A DNA stretch of 63,059 bases, filler included, from Collodictyon triciliatum (Eukaryota), in the NCBI GenBank assembly GCA_043381765.1. It is 9 parts of 9 records of this genome, joined end to end, with 100 filler letters (N's around TTAATTAATTAA, not from the genome) between each part and the next. Parts side by side here need not be neighbours in the genome. Positions count along the whole stretch, not along the records: positions 42,116 to 49,030 come from JBHJMP010004166.1; positions 49,131 to 56,045 come from JBHJMP010004167.1; 7 more parts are not named here. One strand, 5' to 3'. The notes under the pieces are model-generated. The model worked only from the letters and a program-made list of their open reading frames with translations, had not been told where the DNA came from and did no database searches. Positions 43,569-55,665 of the stretch are shown here, one piece after another. Numbering within the stretch: the stretch's first letter is position 1; each line of letters starts with the position of its first letter. Both the position numbers and the translations under genes were made by a program.

Positions 43569-44334
43569 CTATCTTCACCATATTACAAGATATGATGTGA
43601 TTGGGTATGGAAGTTTGTTCTAGAATATGTAAACAGGATAAGTGGCGCAAGTCGAGGATATCTCTTTACAAGAAGCCATGATTCTGTTTGGTCTCTAGAA
43701 CATTGCATTGGTGGTAAGTGCTTAGCATCCACCCCACAGTATGTGTGATAAGTATTTTCATACTCGCTGATTTTTAGGTTGCGATAAATGTGCAATATTC
43801 GCACAAGTAGGTATTAGGATTCATAAATTACTTAATTTGAATTGTGATGGATCAACTCACTAGGTTTTTCTTTGAAACCCTTACGACGAACAAGGGAAAC
43901 CCCCCTTCGGTTTTAATGACTAAACTGTTTCTTTATTTACTTAATAGTCCTAATGCATTTTCATCTCTCTGGTATATTTCTGTCGCTTTAGAACTAAATT
44001 TTATTATATGTGGCGAACCATGCCTACTCCTAAAAACGTTTAAGTTCATGTCTCCTCCCCTTGTGTTTAATTCAGTAAGTGATGAATTCTATTGGGACGT
44101 GAATTATAATGGCGCTGGTCGAATCAATGCTAGGTCGAGCGTGCCTAGAAAATGGAGCCTCTTAACCGAATTATTGTGAATGACATAACACTATCGAAGA
44201 GTGTGATTGAAAATGAGCTATTCAAAGACAAAGACTGCATCGTCCAACTTCGTGGTAAACTATGACCGGTCCTTTCCTTCGCATACCCCACATCTATACG
44301 CAATCAATTGTAATATGTGATGCGTGACCAAAAG

Positions 44335-45530
44335 TGAAACGAAAATATTGTGACACTTATAATCAACAACCCTGCCCTCGGTCTCACACTCGCTTTCCCA
44401 TGATATGGAAGCGCAGCAAATCTCTTTAAGTTTGAGTCCTTTCAGCACCCTGTTCACCAATGCGTTTCCACACTATCCAATACCGGGCTCATGATCGTGC
44501 ACGTATCTTATATCCCGTTGGGACCCAACCGGAACGGCGTTTCCAAAGCATACAGTAAGTCATTCATGTCAATCGAGCTCAAGAGGAGAAAGTTCAGAGG
44601 GATATGCCTGAACGATGAACTCATCACCTTTCGCCTGAAGAACCAAAGGCGGTCCATTACACCTGACTCTCCGCAATTCTCTATGGCCATGGCGTACTCC
44701 AAGCTGTTTCGATACAAAATCATCAGTCCGAATCCCTACAAACCGGAGAAAATGAGTCGTTGGGCCGAAACTATTGACATTATAGACCCGCCGATAGTCA
44801 AAAGCTGGAAGCAAGCCCGTATATCTCAGCTACTCCCGAAACACCGCGCTCTACTGCTCAATAATATCTCCAACAGAGAGCTGTGGATAGGTGTGCGTGT
44901 ATTCCATGCAGCAACGACCTCTCCAGAATGCACCATGTACCATAGTGGAGATGACTCTATCGAACACATATTTGTGAAGTGCTCTCTTGCTCAAAAAGTG
45001 ATAGAATCTACCCATAAGATGCTCTCTGAGCTTGATTATGCTCCCAACCGACTCAGCGCGTCCGACATCCTGTTTGGCCCACAATACCGAATGACCCACG
45101 ACTCTAGAATACTCTGGACAGTCATAAGGGGACATATGTTGTAGTCCCTATGGAGTGTACGTGCATTCTCTCGCTCTAAGATTACCCGAACGAGAAATCA
45201 ATGTATCGAGGCTGAAAAGCCTCGTGCAATACAGCTTCCTGAACAGCCTGCTGAAACACGCTCGCATTCTTCACTACTCTGACCGCAAGCGATGAGAGAT
45301 GTGGGAATGTGTCGTGCGATATCTCCCACAGCATATCCAACCGCTGCTACCCACGCAGCCAATCAACCAGTTGGGCCGCCCGCCTGACCAGCTCGCTATC
45401 ACTGATTTCTTTCCGGTGCTACCCTCTCCACGGTAGTGTCTTTTACTAATCGCGTTTGCTCTCTCCCGTGCGTCCCCATCCCGCCCATTTGTATGACATA
45501 ACCTCGCTGCACTTTCAATCGAATGAAGAG
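44335..45530 (+). mobile_element. LINE family A ORF2 C-terminal region and 3' UTR, degenerate copy
   Basis: zf-RVT-type region (C..Y...DSIEHIFVKC) with internal stops and a frameshift; ends QLAITDFF, then the 3' UTR and CACTTTCAATCGAATGAAG terminus. Close homolog of 52800-53725. Confidence 0.9.
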
Positions 45531-46088
45531 ATATGACATTTTGGGTGAGTGCGAATGGCTGCCCGACGGTCACACGTAATTGATTTGGTGCGGGAAATAC
45601 CTCCTCGTCCACAAAACATGCTGTTCTCTGGCAAGATAGGCTTCGTCAAAATAGGGTACAATAATTCAAGATTTAAGATTCCATGTCCATCCAGGTCTTT
45701 TGGGATTTCAGATTTCTTCTGGACACAGCATTTCTTGTTCGTCACATCTCGCCACATCTTCATGAATGTGGTTATGCTTCTGGGAGTGCATGGAAGAAAA
45801 AAAATTTATCTGTCATAACCCCGCCGACCCGCCCTATTGTGATGTCGTGGTATTATCGCGTGGGTATTGCGTTCGCTGACACTTGCAAACATCTAACGAG
45901 ATGAGAGGATTTTTAAAAGGGTCAACCACGCACGTTTTCCAGCAGAATGATTTTTTATATCTTCCCTGGCATTTCAGGAGAAATCATCTTTCTGATTTCA
46001 AGCCCCACATTCTCTCCATCATTCGTTTCCTCCAAAACGACGATTCCAACCAGTGACTTTACCCCACGGTTGGGGCGGGTGACTAACC

Positions 46089-48877
46089 TCAGTGGAATGG
46101 CGGTGGTGGCGGGGGAGGCAAAATGCCAGCAGGTGGCGGAGGTGGCGGCATTCCCATAGATGGCGGAGGGGGTGGCGGTAGATTGCCAGCGGGAGGCGGA
46201 GGCGGTGGTAGATTGCCAGCTGGGGGTGGAGGCGGTGGCGGCATTCCTGATGATGGAGGTGGAGGCGGTGGTAGATTGCCAGCGGGAGGCGGAGGCGGTG
46301 GTAGATTGCCAGCTGGGGGTGGAGGCGGTGGAGGCATTCCTGTTGATGGGGGTGGAGGCGGTGGCGGCATTCCTGATGATGGGGGTGGAGGCGGCGGAGG
46401 CATTCCTGATGATGGGGGTGGAGGCGGTGGTAGATTGCCAGCAGGAGGTGGAGGGGGTGGAGGCCCTCCTGATGATGGAGGTGGAGGCGGTGGTAGATTG
46501 CCAGCAGGAGGTGGAGGAGGCGGAGGCATTCCTGATGATGGGGGTGGATGCGGTGGAGGCCCTCCTGATGATGGGGGTGGAGGCGGTGGAGATGCAGGCG
46601 AGGAGGCGGCTGAAGTGGCGCTGGTGGAGATGGAGGGTGGGCGAGCAGTTGGTGTGGTGTTTGCAGGGGTTTCCTCGCGTAGGGTGGTCACCTTGAATTC
46701 CTCCACGTATTCATGGGCGGGTGGGTGGAAGACGGCAATCTGAGAGTGAGTGAGTGAGTGAGTGAGTGAGTGAGTGAGTGAGTGAGTGAGTGAGTGAGTG
46801 AGTGAGTGAGTGAGTGAGTGAGTGAGTGAGTGAGTGAGTGCGAAAGGGAATTACCCGCTCGTCCTCGAAGGGGCAGTAGTTTTGCAGAATGGAGAAGATG
46901 GACGTGTTGAGGTCACGCATGGCGATGCAGTTCGAGATGAATAGCTGCATGGTCTGTGTGCGTGTCATGAGCGAGGTGTGAGTCAGTGAATCTTGGTATT
47001 GTAGTCACTCTGCGTGCCTATTTATATGTGGACCAAGAATAACAATTATTTTCGATTCGTACGGGGTCCAGGTTGGCCATCCCAAGGGCTTGCGCGGCGT
47101 TGAGGATATGGTAGCAAAAGTCAAACACTTCCAAGCGGTGGTGTTGATTCAAAAAGTAGATGATGGTAATTCCTGAGACATGGAATTGACGCAATGGAAA
47201 AGTAAAACCAGAATGCAAAAGTAGAGATGGGTTACCATATGATACCGTAAAAAAGTAAAGTTTTTATTACATAAGCTCATGCATTACACAACTACACGAT
47301 AGCTTTGATGAAAAGGATGCCATGCATGCACAGAGGATAGACATATGAGGCCAGCCAATAGAAAAAGCAAACAATACTGTAAAATGCTCTCACCAGCCCA
47401 TGCCCATCCATCCCCATAACACTCGAAGCAATCGGGAACTCGGCGCACTGGCTCAACTGGCTCCTTGCTCTTGGGGTCACGCGGTTCTGGTTTCGGTTGG
47501 TCAGGCGGCAGGCAGAAAATGAACTGAAGGGAGCTCCACAAGCGGTAGAATTCCTATGCATAACGTAAAAATAAAATAAGATAATCAATCAAGGGCACAT
47601 AAATATTAGAGTTCGAATCAGATTTGTCTATTGCTTAGTGTTTCCGCTTCGCCCAATTTGTTGTTTTTTTTTAAAAAAAAAAAAGAAAAGAAAAAGAAAA
47701 AGAAAAACTACAAGAGAAAACGAAGTTACTATATGGATTGACATTCTCTGAAGATATAATCCTTCATACTCTGGAGTTATCGATGGGGAACATGTCTGCG
47801 GGTCCAAGATTGGCGCACCATTCAGATTTTAATGGGGACAGAGCAGATTGAAACCTAAACTCAGAGAATAAAATTAAAATTTCAGTAACAAAAATAAAAA
47901 TAAAAACCAAAAAAACAAAACCTACTTGTTCAAAAAATACTTGACAAACGACTTTCCTTTCTCTGGTTTGTACATCTCCTCTGGTAATAAAAGTACATAT
48001 ATTCGTTAAATGTTTAAATGTACTGATTATTGGCGGGGTTGCTTTCAGATAGAGGCAATTTTGAAGATTAAGAGGAAAGAAAAATTACCAGCTCTGGCAG
48101 CGATATTTGGAATATGTGCCAAGGCATCCGCATTTCGCGCAATCCCATGTCCAAGCAACCCAGATAACTGTAATAAACCCATCAATATTCAGTAATAGCT
48201 TTAATCATCCAACTGCACACAGTCAGTCGAAGAAGCAATCTAGGAATAAAGCTCAGAAAGAAAAATGGATAGTCAAGCTTACTTGTAACACAGAGTCCAT
48301 GAATGGAGATGAAGGAGGGAGAATGTTATCATGAGAAACTCCAAGGAAAGGAGCGGCTTGCATGTAAGTAAAGAGTTCTACTTGGGCCTGTGCACAGTAA
48401 AGCGAAAAAAAAAAAAAAAGATCACGTTAAGTATAAAGATAAAGCAGTGATGGGCACTGTTTCAACTTTAAACCCCAAAAATATCACATAGTCTACATGA
48501 AAAACCATTCGAAAAAAGAAAGCTATACCACAGCGACATCGAGAACTCCCATCAGCGCCAAGCTGTTGCCAATCGACCGAATGGTTTGGAACACCTCAGA
48601 CTTCAGCTCTTCATATGCGATGTAGTCTTTCAAAAGCAGTTGGAAATAGCCGAAAATTCCTGTTTGGTACAAGTGATTGGTTATGCAGGGAAAAAAGGAG
48701 AAGACAGGTGGATATATCCAGACTCCATAATACTCCGCTGGAACTTTACGAAAGATGGTTCATTTGATTAGAGATGAAGATAAAACCTTGGACACCGTAG
48801 TCGAACAGAGGTAACTTTGTGGAAGGCGGGAGACCAGAAATAAGCTCTCTGATGTATGGCGCCAAAGTTTGTTGCAC
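46089..48877 (-). CDS. CYFIP: CYFIP/Sra1/PIR121 (SCAR/WAVE complex subunit), 3' part, with a long polyproline C-terminal tail
   Basis: [74 protein letters not shown] and FHPP; stop at 46089-46091. Confidence 0.92.
46743..46839. repeat. (GAGT)n microsatellite in the last CYFIP intron
   Basis: Perfect tetranucleotide run. Confidence 0.95.
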
Positions 48878-48972
48878 CTACCAATAAGAAAGCCATAAGA
48901 AACCACCATTCGGTCATTTTAGAAGAGAATGAGCGCGGCTGACATCTTTAAAATAAAAGTTTTTTCTTTGTT

Positions 48973-49030
<58 letters not shown>

Positions 49031-49523
49031 NNNNNNNNNNNNNNNNNNNNNNNNNNNNNNNNNNNNNNNNNNNNTTAATTAATTAANNNNNNNNNNNNNN
49101 NNNNNNNNNNNNNNNNNNNNNNNNNNNNNNACGCGCACCGCCCGCAGAATGGATTCGAGGCACGCGGCGCATCAGTCTCTATGTTTGTCAGGCTGACACA
49201 TCCGATCACGAAGGCCGGCTCTGTCTCCGGAAGTGGGCGGCGATTTATCTCTGTCGAGGGGAGCAGACGGACAGCCTGGTTGCGAAAGGTGCATCCACAT
49301 ATGGAAGGGGCGATGGCTGCTATATGCGTAAGGAGAAAAACGGCAGAGTTCCACGCTTGTAACGGGCGTTCCACGCAAGGAATGGCTGGCTATCCGTCTG
49401 CTCGTTCAGTGTTTTAGATTAAAAAAAAAATTAATTCTGATCCACTTTGTTTTTCTTCTACGCTCAGTTTCAACAAAAGAGAAGTTCATATCCTAATCAG
49501 TTCATACATCACGCCAGAATCAC

Positions 49524-49603
49524 AACGCCCAGAAGCGATTTTTTTTTTTTTTTATTCTTCCTTTCAACTTTTGTGCAGGACCGAGGGAACGCCCAGAAGC
49601 GAT
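49524..49603 (-). mobile_element. Tail-only insertion of LINE family B with a perfect 16-bp TSD
   Basis: AACGCCCAGAAGCGAT at 49524-49539 and 49588-49603 flanks the reverse complement of CCCTCGGTCCTGCACAAAAGTTGAAAGGAAGAAT-A(n). Confidence 0.88.
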
Positions 49604-49902
49604 GAAAGATACTGATGCAGATCTGATATATACAAGTATCATATTTTTAATTATTATTTCAAACAAAAGCGCTTCTGATACGAGAAAACATAGTGATACC
49701 ATAAAATCCACATATATCCGCTTGATAGACTGTGCTTTGATGCGCGGGTGATTGGGGTTCCTCTCTTTGGTGGTAAAAGGGACAGAATTAATGACCGAGC
49801 GCGAATAGTGATGTGAGTTTTATTCTGTGTCGCTTTTTTGAATGTGGGATATAGATGTTCAATCTCATACAAAGTCGAGGACAGGGCTCTCTGCTTCATT
49901 AC

Positions 49903-52550
49903 CTACGCACCGAACTGCGAGAAAAAGAAGTTTTTTGCCCATTCTTAAGTGCTCATCGTCACCGCACACGAAATAGGTATGCGAGTGAGACGTGCGTTGA
50001 GTCCCATGAAGAAACCATGGTACCCTTGATTTAGCGCGACGTCTTTGATAACTGCTGTTGTCGTTGACGATTTTGCCTGCTTTCACGTATAAATTCGAGC
50101 GTGGTTAAAATAGATTGTATGGGAATCATCCCAAAGTAAAATAGCCACTAGGGTGACCTTGCAGATATCACAAGTGTAGTAAAGAAACTGGAATCATTAT
50201 CAAGGCGGTATAAAGAGTACTATGTTAGAAAGATGAGAATGACTGAATGGATGAAAGAAAGAAAAAACAACCAGGGTTCCACAATTCCCGACAGTGACTT
50301 ATATTCTGGTCTTTACAACATCTGCTGGATTCGTTACGATTGCAGCAATGGCTCCGGAGGAAGCGGCTGTCATATGCAATGTTCATCTCTTAAAGTAATT
50401 TTGAAACTTTTGATTCATCCAGTATTTATTATACAATTGACTTTTTATTTCATCGGATATAAACCTAACCAGCCAGAAAATGTGTTACATAAACAGGAGA
50501 ATCATTTTGGGCGGGCAGGACGCTTCGGTAATATACTGAGTCTTTCATATCCAAACCAATATCTATTTTTTTTTCGAATTAAATGAAAGGGCAATTTATT
50601 GAATATTACCAAATGATGTCAGGGATTCTTTTATAATTATAGATAAAAATATGCTTGGGCATATTTTTTGTACATGAATTATAAATAAGACACCGAGGTT
50701 TTTTTTTTTAAAAAAAAAAGAAAAATAAATATCTAAGGTGTTCGTAATTTAAGGCGCTTTTCAGAGACTATATCAATGAGATAATGCATCGCAGAAATAG
50801 GAGCGTCTCGTACGATTGTAGCGCCTAGGGATACATATTTAACGCTTCGAATAAATAAATCATCAACCGAACAGCGATGAGATTATGCGATACAGAGAAA
50901 AGTTGGCGAGGTCAACGAAGAGAAATATCTATATATTTGGTATCCTTTGAATCGAATAAAGGGAAAAAATATATCTATTTGGCATATTTACCAAGACTAG
51001 TCCAAAGTGATGCGACTCCACATTTTCTGACTACTCGGTGTAGAATTTCAAAAGAACCTGAATCACCCGTTTTAGTCATATTTTTGATAGGACCATAAGA
51101 TCAACTCTTCGTTGGCTTTATATATTTATCATTATTATTATATTACTAATCGCGGCCTTGTCTTTGTTGAACTGCATATTGGTTCTGAGTAATTCAAGAG
51201 GTAGGGTAGCGGTGACAATCAAAGTTCTACTCAGACCACCTGTAGTTTAAATTGGTTACTTTAATAGTTGCTTTGTGGAACATACTGCTTGGAAATTTAT
51301 GTTATTCCGTTTGTGCCGTCAAAAAAAGAAGGGGGAAAACCTGCTAATAGAGGAGAATATTCTGAAATAACTTTATGGTGGTTGCGTTCGAGAATGTACT
51401 TTGTTTTTTCATACAAACTAAAGTACCTGTATATCATAAAGAATTATCGCTCAGTCGGAAGGTTTTTGAATGATTGAATCCATCTCAAACTATGTTAGAA
51501 ATTTGGCCCATGTGCGACTAGGCTCGAAAATTAAAGGAACAAACAATGCCGAGGATGGAAGAACCATAAGCAAGGTTGGCCTCATTCCCCTCCATAAGCT
51601 TACTACACCTTCTCGGTGGGCAATAGAACGCAATGTGGACTTCGAAAAAAGAGGGGAAAAAATGAGGATATCAATTAGCTCGTGGCACATAATAAAAAAA
51701 ATGAAATGTAAAGGATGCCCAGAAGTTCATGGTGGCGAATATCATACGTGGATAACAAAGTCAATAAACAGATGGAAATAGTTCTTATTAACCGCCCCTT
51801 TTGTGGGGATAAATACGGATGAATTGAGGGATTGCCAGTTGATAGGTTGAGAAAAGCTTCGCGCATACCTATATTCCCCTACGAGTGGTTTCTAATGCAT
51901 GATTCGTTGGCTGGGTCAGGTTGTGCGTCTGGAGTCTCACTTTGGCGACCTCAAAAGGCGAAACTAAGTGGAAAGTCTTTAGAATCTCAATATTGCATGC
52001 TAAAGGGAGAAAATCCAGCTCTAAGAAGATTGATACGGCCATCAGAAGAAAATTGTATAATTAAATCGCAAGGGGAAAGAAGATGGATTTGGAAGAAAGA
52101 CAAGACACTAAATAAACCTTTTTTTATTTAAGAATATTTATGAGAAGAAAAAAGGGGTAAGCCAGTTACCAAAGAACGATGTGATAGCAGCACTAGAGGC
52201 AGCTGACAAGGAGAGAGCGGCAAAGACACAAGAGCTAAAGGGATCTCTGTCTAAATAGTGGGTTAGAGGGTATCAGGGTGGTTATTGTAGATCTTTGCCC
52301 GACAAACACCGAGCCACTCGACAAGAGGGCAAGAGTTAGCGACTTACATAGTTGTTCCTTCCGATTTTTAAATATAAGTCATATAAACTGGCTCGCAACA
52401 CAACGGGTAATGCGAAGGAAAAAAGGAAGGCACTTTTACCTGGTGAAGCCATTCCTTTTGGCTGGATTTCTGCTGTTGGAAGCGAGGCTTCTTTGGTCTT
52501 TCAAGGCTTTGAGCTTAATGTCACTTTGTGTTGCTGAAGCAGTGGGGTGA
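49903..52550 (-). pseudogene. SLC25A39/40 (Mtm1)-like mitochondrial carrier, intron-containing pseudogene
   Basis: Three carrier repeats: SPFEVAKVRLQ...EGVVSLWRGMRPTLLMVLPSSALYFSLYE; LPLELLRTNMQ...ATIVRDAPISAIYWFGYE; TNPADVVKTRI*...GFFMGLNARL...CAVTMST*EWAKNFF. In-frame TAA at 50299-50301 and 49945-49947. Confidence 0.8.
50923..50985 (+). mobile_element. Tail-only LINE A insertion with a degraded TSD, in a carrier intron
   Basis: CTTTGAATCGAATAAAGGGAAAAAA between the imperfect repeats ATATATTTGGTAT and ATCTATTTGGCAT. Confidence 0.65.
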
Positions 52551-52799
52551 GTTAAAGGTGCGAGGGAGAAAAAAAGTGCAAAGGAAAACAGAAGGCGTTC
52601 GGTTGAGAGGGGATGTGGCAAACTAAAAAAAGAAAGCAAGAGAGTGAAACAAAATATCATAAAACTAAAGAAAAGTGGCGTGGGTGTGGGAAATGCCTGA
52701 TCGGTAAGCGAAGCCCTTTGTCCATTCGTGATATGCAGGTTTATCTAACCTTCATTTTTCAACTATTCATTATTATTATTATTTTTTAGCCACACACGC

Positions 52800-53725
52800 G
52801 ACTCCTCGTAATTCTCGATGGCCATGGCTTATTACAAGCTCTTTCGATATAAAATCATCAGTCTGAATCCCTACAAACCGGAGAAAATGAGTCGTTGGGC
52901 CGAAACCATAGGCATTATAGACCCGCCGATAGTCAAAAGCTGGAAGCAAGCCCGATTATCTCAGTTACTCCCGAAACACCGCGCCCTACTTCTCAATATC
53001 TCCAACAGAGAGCTGTGGGTAGGTGCGCGTCTGGTTCATGCAGCAACGACCTCTCCAGAATGTAACATGTGCCATAGTGGAGATGACTCTACCGAACACA
53101 CATTTGTGAAGTGCTCCCTTGCTCAAAAAGTGACAGAGTCTACCCACAAGATGCTCTCTGAGCTTGATTATGCTCCAAACCGACTCAGCGCGTCAGACAT
53201 CCTGTTTGGCCCACAATACCAAATGGCCCACGACTCTAGAATACTCTGGGCAGTCACAAGGGGACATATGCTGTGGGCCTTATGGAGTGTGCGCGCATTC
53301 TCTCGCTCTAATGATTCACCCGAACGAGAAATCAGTGTATCCAGGCTTGAGAGCCTCGTGCAATACAGCTTCCTGAACAGCTTGCTGAAACGCGCCTGTG
53401 TTCTTCGCTACTCTGACCGCAAGCGAAGAGAGATGTGGGAATATGTCGTGCGATATCTCCCACAGCATATCCAACCCCTGCTGCCCACACAATCAATCAA
53501 CCAGTTGGGTCGCCCACCTGACCAACTCGCTATCACTGATTTCTTTCCAGTGCTGTCCTCTTCGCACTAGTGTCTTCTACTCGCGTTTGCTCTCTACCAT
53601 GCGCTCCCATCCCGCCCCTTTGTATGGCATAACCTCGCTGCACTTATAATTTTTTTTTTTTATTCTTCCTTTCAATTTTGTGCGGGATGCCGCTGCACTT
53701 TGAATTGAATAAAGGGAAAAAAAAA
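52800..53725 (+). mobile_element. 5'-truncated LINE family A copy with an intact ORF2 C-terminus (zf-RVT), 3' UTR and A-tail
   Basis: ORF 52818-53570: CNMCHSGDDSTEHTFVKC (CCHC), LWALWSVR, ending QLAITDFFPVLSSSH*. Terminus TTGAATTGAATAAAGGG-A9. Confidence 0.92.
53636..53700 (-). mobile_element. LINE family B tail nested antisense in the LINE A 3' UTR, with a 10-bp TSD
   Basis: CGCTGCACTT at 53636-53645 and 53691-53700 flanks the reverse complement of GCATCCCGCACAAAATTGAAAGGAAGAAT-A(n). Confidence 0.85.
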
Positions 53726-53727
53726 GT

Positions 53728-54930
53728 TTCGGTTTATACGGTTGTCAGCTTCATCGATTCGGATATCGAGACTTATGTAGCAGCCTGGAATAATCTCTCT
53801 GAAGCGAGGATTGAGCTTGGCTATCCATTTCTTGCATAAAAACGCTACACCTGCATGTCTGTTGATTATCGTCACAGGACCTCATTTGTGGACGTTTTCA
53901 TGTTTCATTGTTGGTTAGATTGTCAGGGCTGAGCCATGTTTCTTGGAGGCAGATGATATCTGCGTGAGAGAAAAGAGCAGTGTTTAGGGCCTCTTTTCTT
54001 TTTTGGGGGTCGTTAATCCCCTAACGTTCCACGACAGAACGTTAAAACGCATGAATAATCTATTGGCTTTTGGAGGCCATAGCCTCCGGTGATTGGCCCT
54101 CTCCGCTGGAGCTGGGTTGCTCAGGGTGGGATGGTTTACTCGATTTGTCCTTCATTTGGCCGGTGTTATAATTGCTCGCGGTTCGGCCAGGATATATCGG
54201 ATGGTCTTGGGCTTTTGGCTACAGCCCCTTTGTAGCTGGTGTGTTGGCAGATGCACTCTATCGGTCACTAGCAACCCTCGGTTCCAATTTTCTATCTCAT
54301 CCACACGGTAGGCAGGGCCAACCATGTTTCCGCTTTCATTCTGGCTTGCTTTCTGGCTCGCTATATTCGGTGGTGTACTTGACTGATTCACACTCTTCTC
54401 ATTAGGCGATGCTTTATCTTCGACGGTTTCGCTCTTTTTTGGTGCGCCAGGGATTGCAGGATGAGTAGCCGGTGTTTTATATTCGTCTACGTTTCTTTTT
54501 CTTGGATAGGAAGGTGTTTGTCGCTGGGAGGCGCAAGAGTTTCGACAGCAGGTCTGTTTTCATAAACAGTACTTGAGGAGTAATTTGTCGTTCCCGAAGC
54601 TTCAAGGTGCTCGCTTTCTTCTTCAGCAGAACCTTCTATGACGACGACAGGTTGGATGGACTGTTGTTCTTCCAATCCCGAGTCTGGGACGTTGCTTCTT
54701 ATGGATTGCGCAGTACTTGCTGAAGAAAGAGTCTCTTGAGTGGTTCCAGGAGCCATGACCTCTAAGGAGGTAGGCGGGTGTGGTTTGCTGGGTGCCATTA
54801 TGCTGTTTCCCGATTCTGTTACCGAGTTGGGTTGGGGTTCCCTTTCCTCGGCATCCTCTCTATGATTTAAAGGAGAGCTTGGTGAGATATCACCGGCTTG
54901 GGGTGGTTTCCTTCTCCACCTGCGCGTTCT
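53728..54930 (-). mobile_element. Degenerate LINE 5' segment: ORF1 C-terminal low-complexity region and ORF2 APE endonuclease N-terminus
   Basis: ATG at 54052: MRFNVLSWNVRG(frameshift)INDPQKRKEAL...DIICLQETWL, then HAGVAFLCKK...IIPGCYISLDI. These are apurinic endonuclease motifs. A S/P/T/E-rich broken ORF lies upstream. Confidence 0.85.
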
Positions 54931-54940
54931 CTACTCCTCA

Positions 54941-55165
54941 GACCCTGTGAGAAGAGACATGTAGAAGGAGGCTGAGAAAGATATTAAACCTCGCGTTGTA
55001 TCTCTCATGCAAGCACAAGACCCAGGCCACAGACCAAAGCCGCAGATGCAATTTCTGATTACTGGCTACTTCTCTGCCACCCAGCCAACGAGTAGCGTCC
55101 ACACGAAACAAGGCAGGCACCTTGGAGATAGGAACTCCATCTCCACACGCAAAAAAAAATAAAAT
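54941..55165 (+). mobile_element. LINE family B 3' fragment (copy 3)
   Basis: DPVRRDM*KEAEKDIKPRVVSLMQAQDPGHRPKPQMQFLITGYFSATQPTSSV followed by an A-rich tract. Confidence 0.8.
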
Positions 55166-55459
55166 AAAATAACTAAAATAAAAAAGCAAACTATGGCCCG
55201 GTAATATGGGTTTATTGACTGGCCATAATGGCCTCGACTTCGGCTTAGTGGATCAAATAAATATACGACTGCGATAGATTTTTTTTTTGGGCAATACACT
55301 TAAATAGAGCTTTGGAAAAAATGGCAAAATGAAATTGCTCAGGAAATGGGTCGTGGTTCGTCAGTACAGTTCAGAAGCGTGTATTAATCACGGACAAACG
55401 GCATTCAATCAAATAACAATACAAAAAATCATAATACAGCATTATATACAAATTGAATG

Positions 55460-55516
<57 letters not shown>

Positions 55517-55591
55517 GGATTAGCAACTTTCGCATGCTGCGTCCTCTGGTTATGCATTAATTGTCTGATTTAAATCAGTCGTATCACCTAG

Positions 55592-55665
55592 ACTTTGCTG
55601 GAAGTTAGGCCTCTGATTGAATCCAGGTCAGGATTTTTGTCAGTTGCAGCTCTTTAGGGTTATAA
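55592..55665 (+). repeat. Candidate SINE family D, partial copy 3
   Basis: AAGTTAGGCCTCTGATTGAATCCAGGTCAGG...GTTGCAGCTCTTTAGGGTTATAA. Confidence 0.5.

Noticed and set aside
46123-46743. Gly-rich and VEAV-repeat ORFs on the plus strand; apparent formin FH1
   Set aside because: Antisense shadows of the CYFIP polyproline exon; no FH2 domain is present.
49945-50301. In-frame TAA codons suggesting a TAA=Gln genetic code
   Set aside because: They replace different residues (Gln and Tyr) in one gene, and TAA terminates other intact genes (cyclase, ICE2-like, JHY-like). Pseudogenisation is the simpler explanation.
52800-54930. Possible twin-priming 5' inversion of one LINE
   Set aside because: The inverted 5' segment lies downstream of the A-tail, the wrong geometry. 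Independent or nested insertions fit better.
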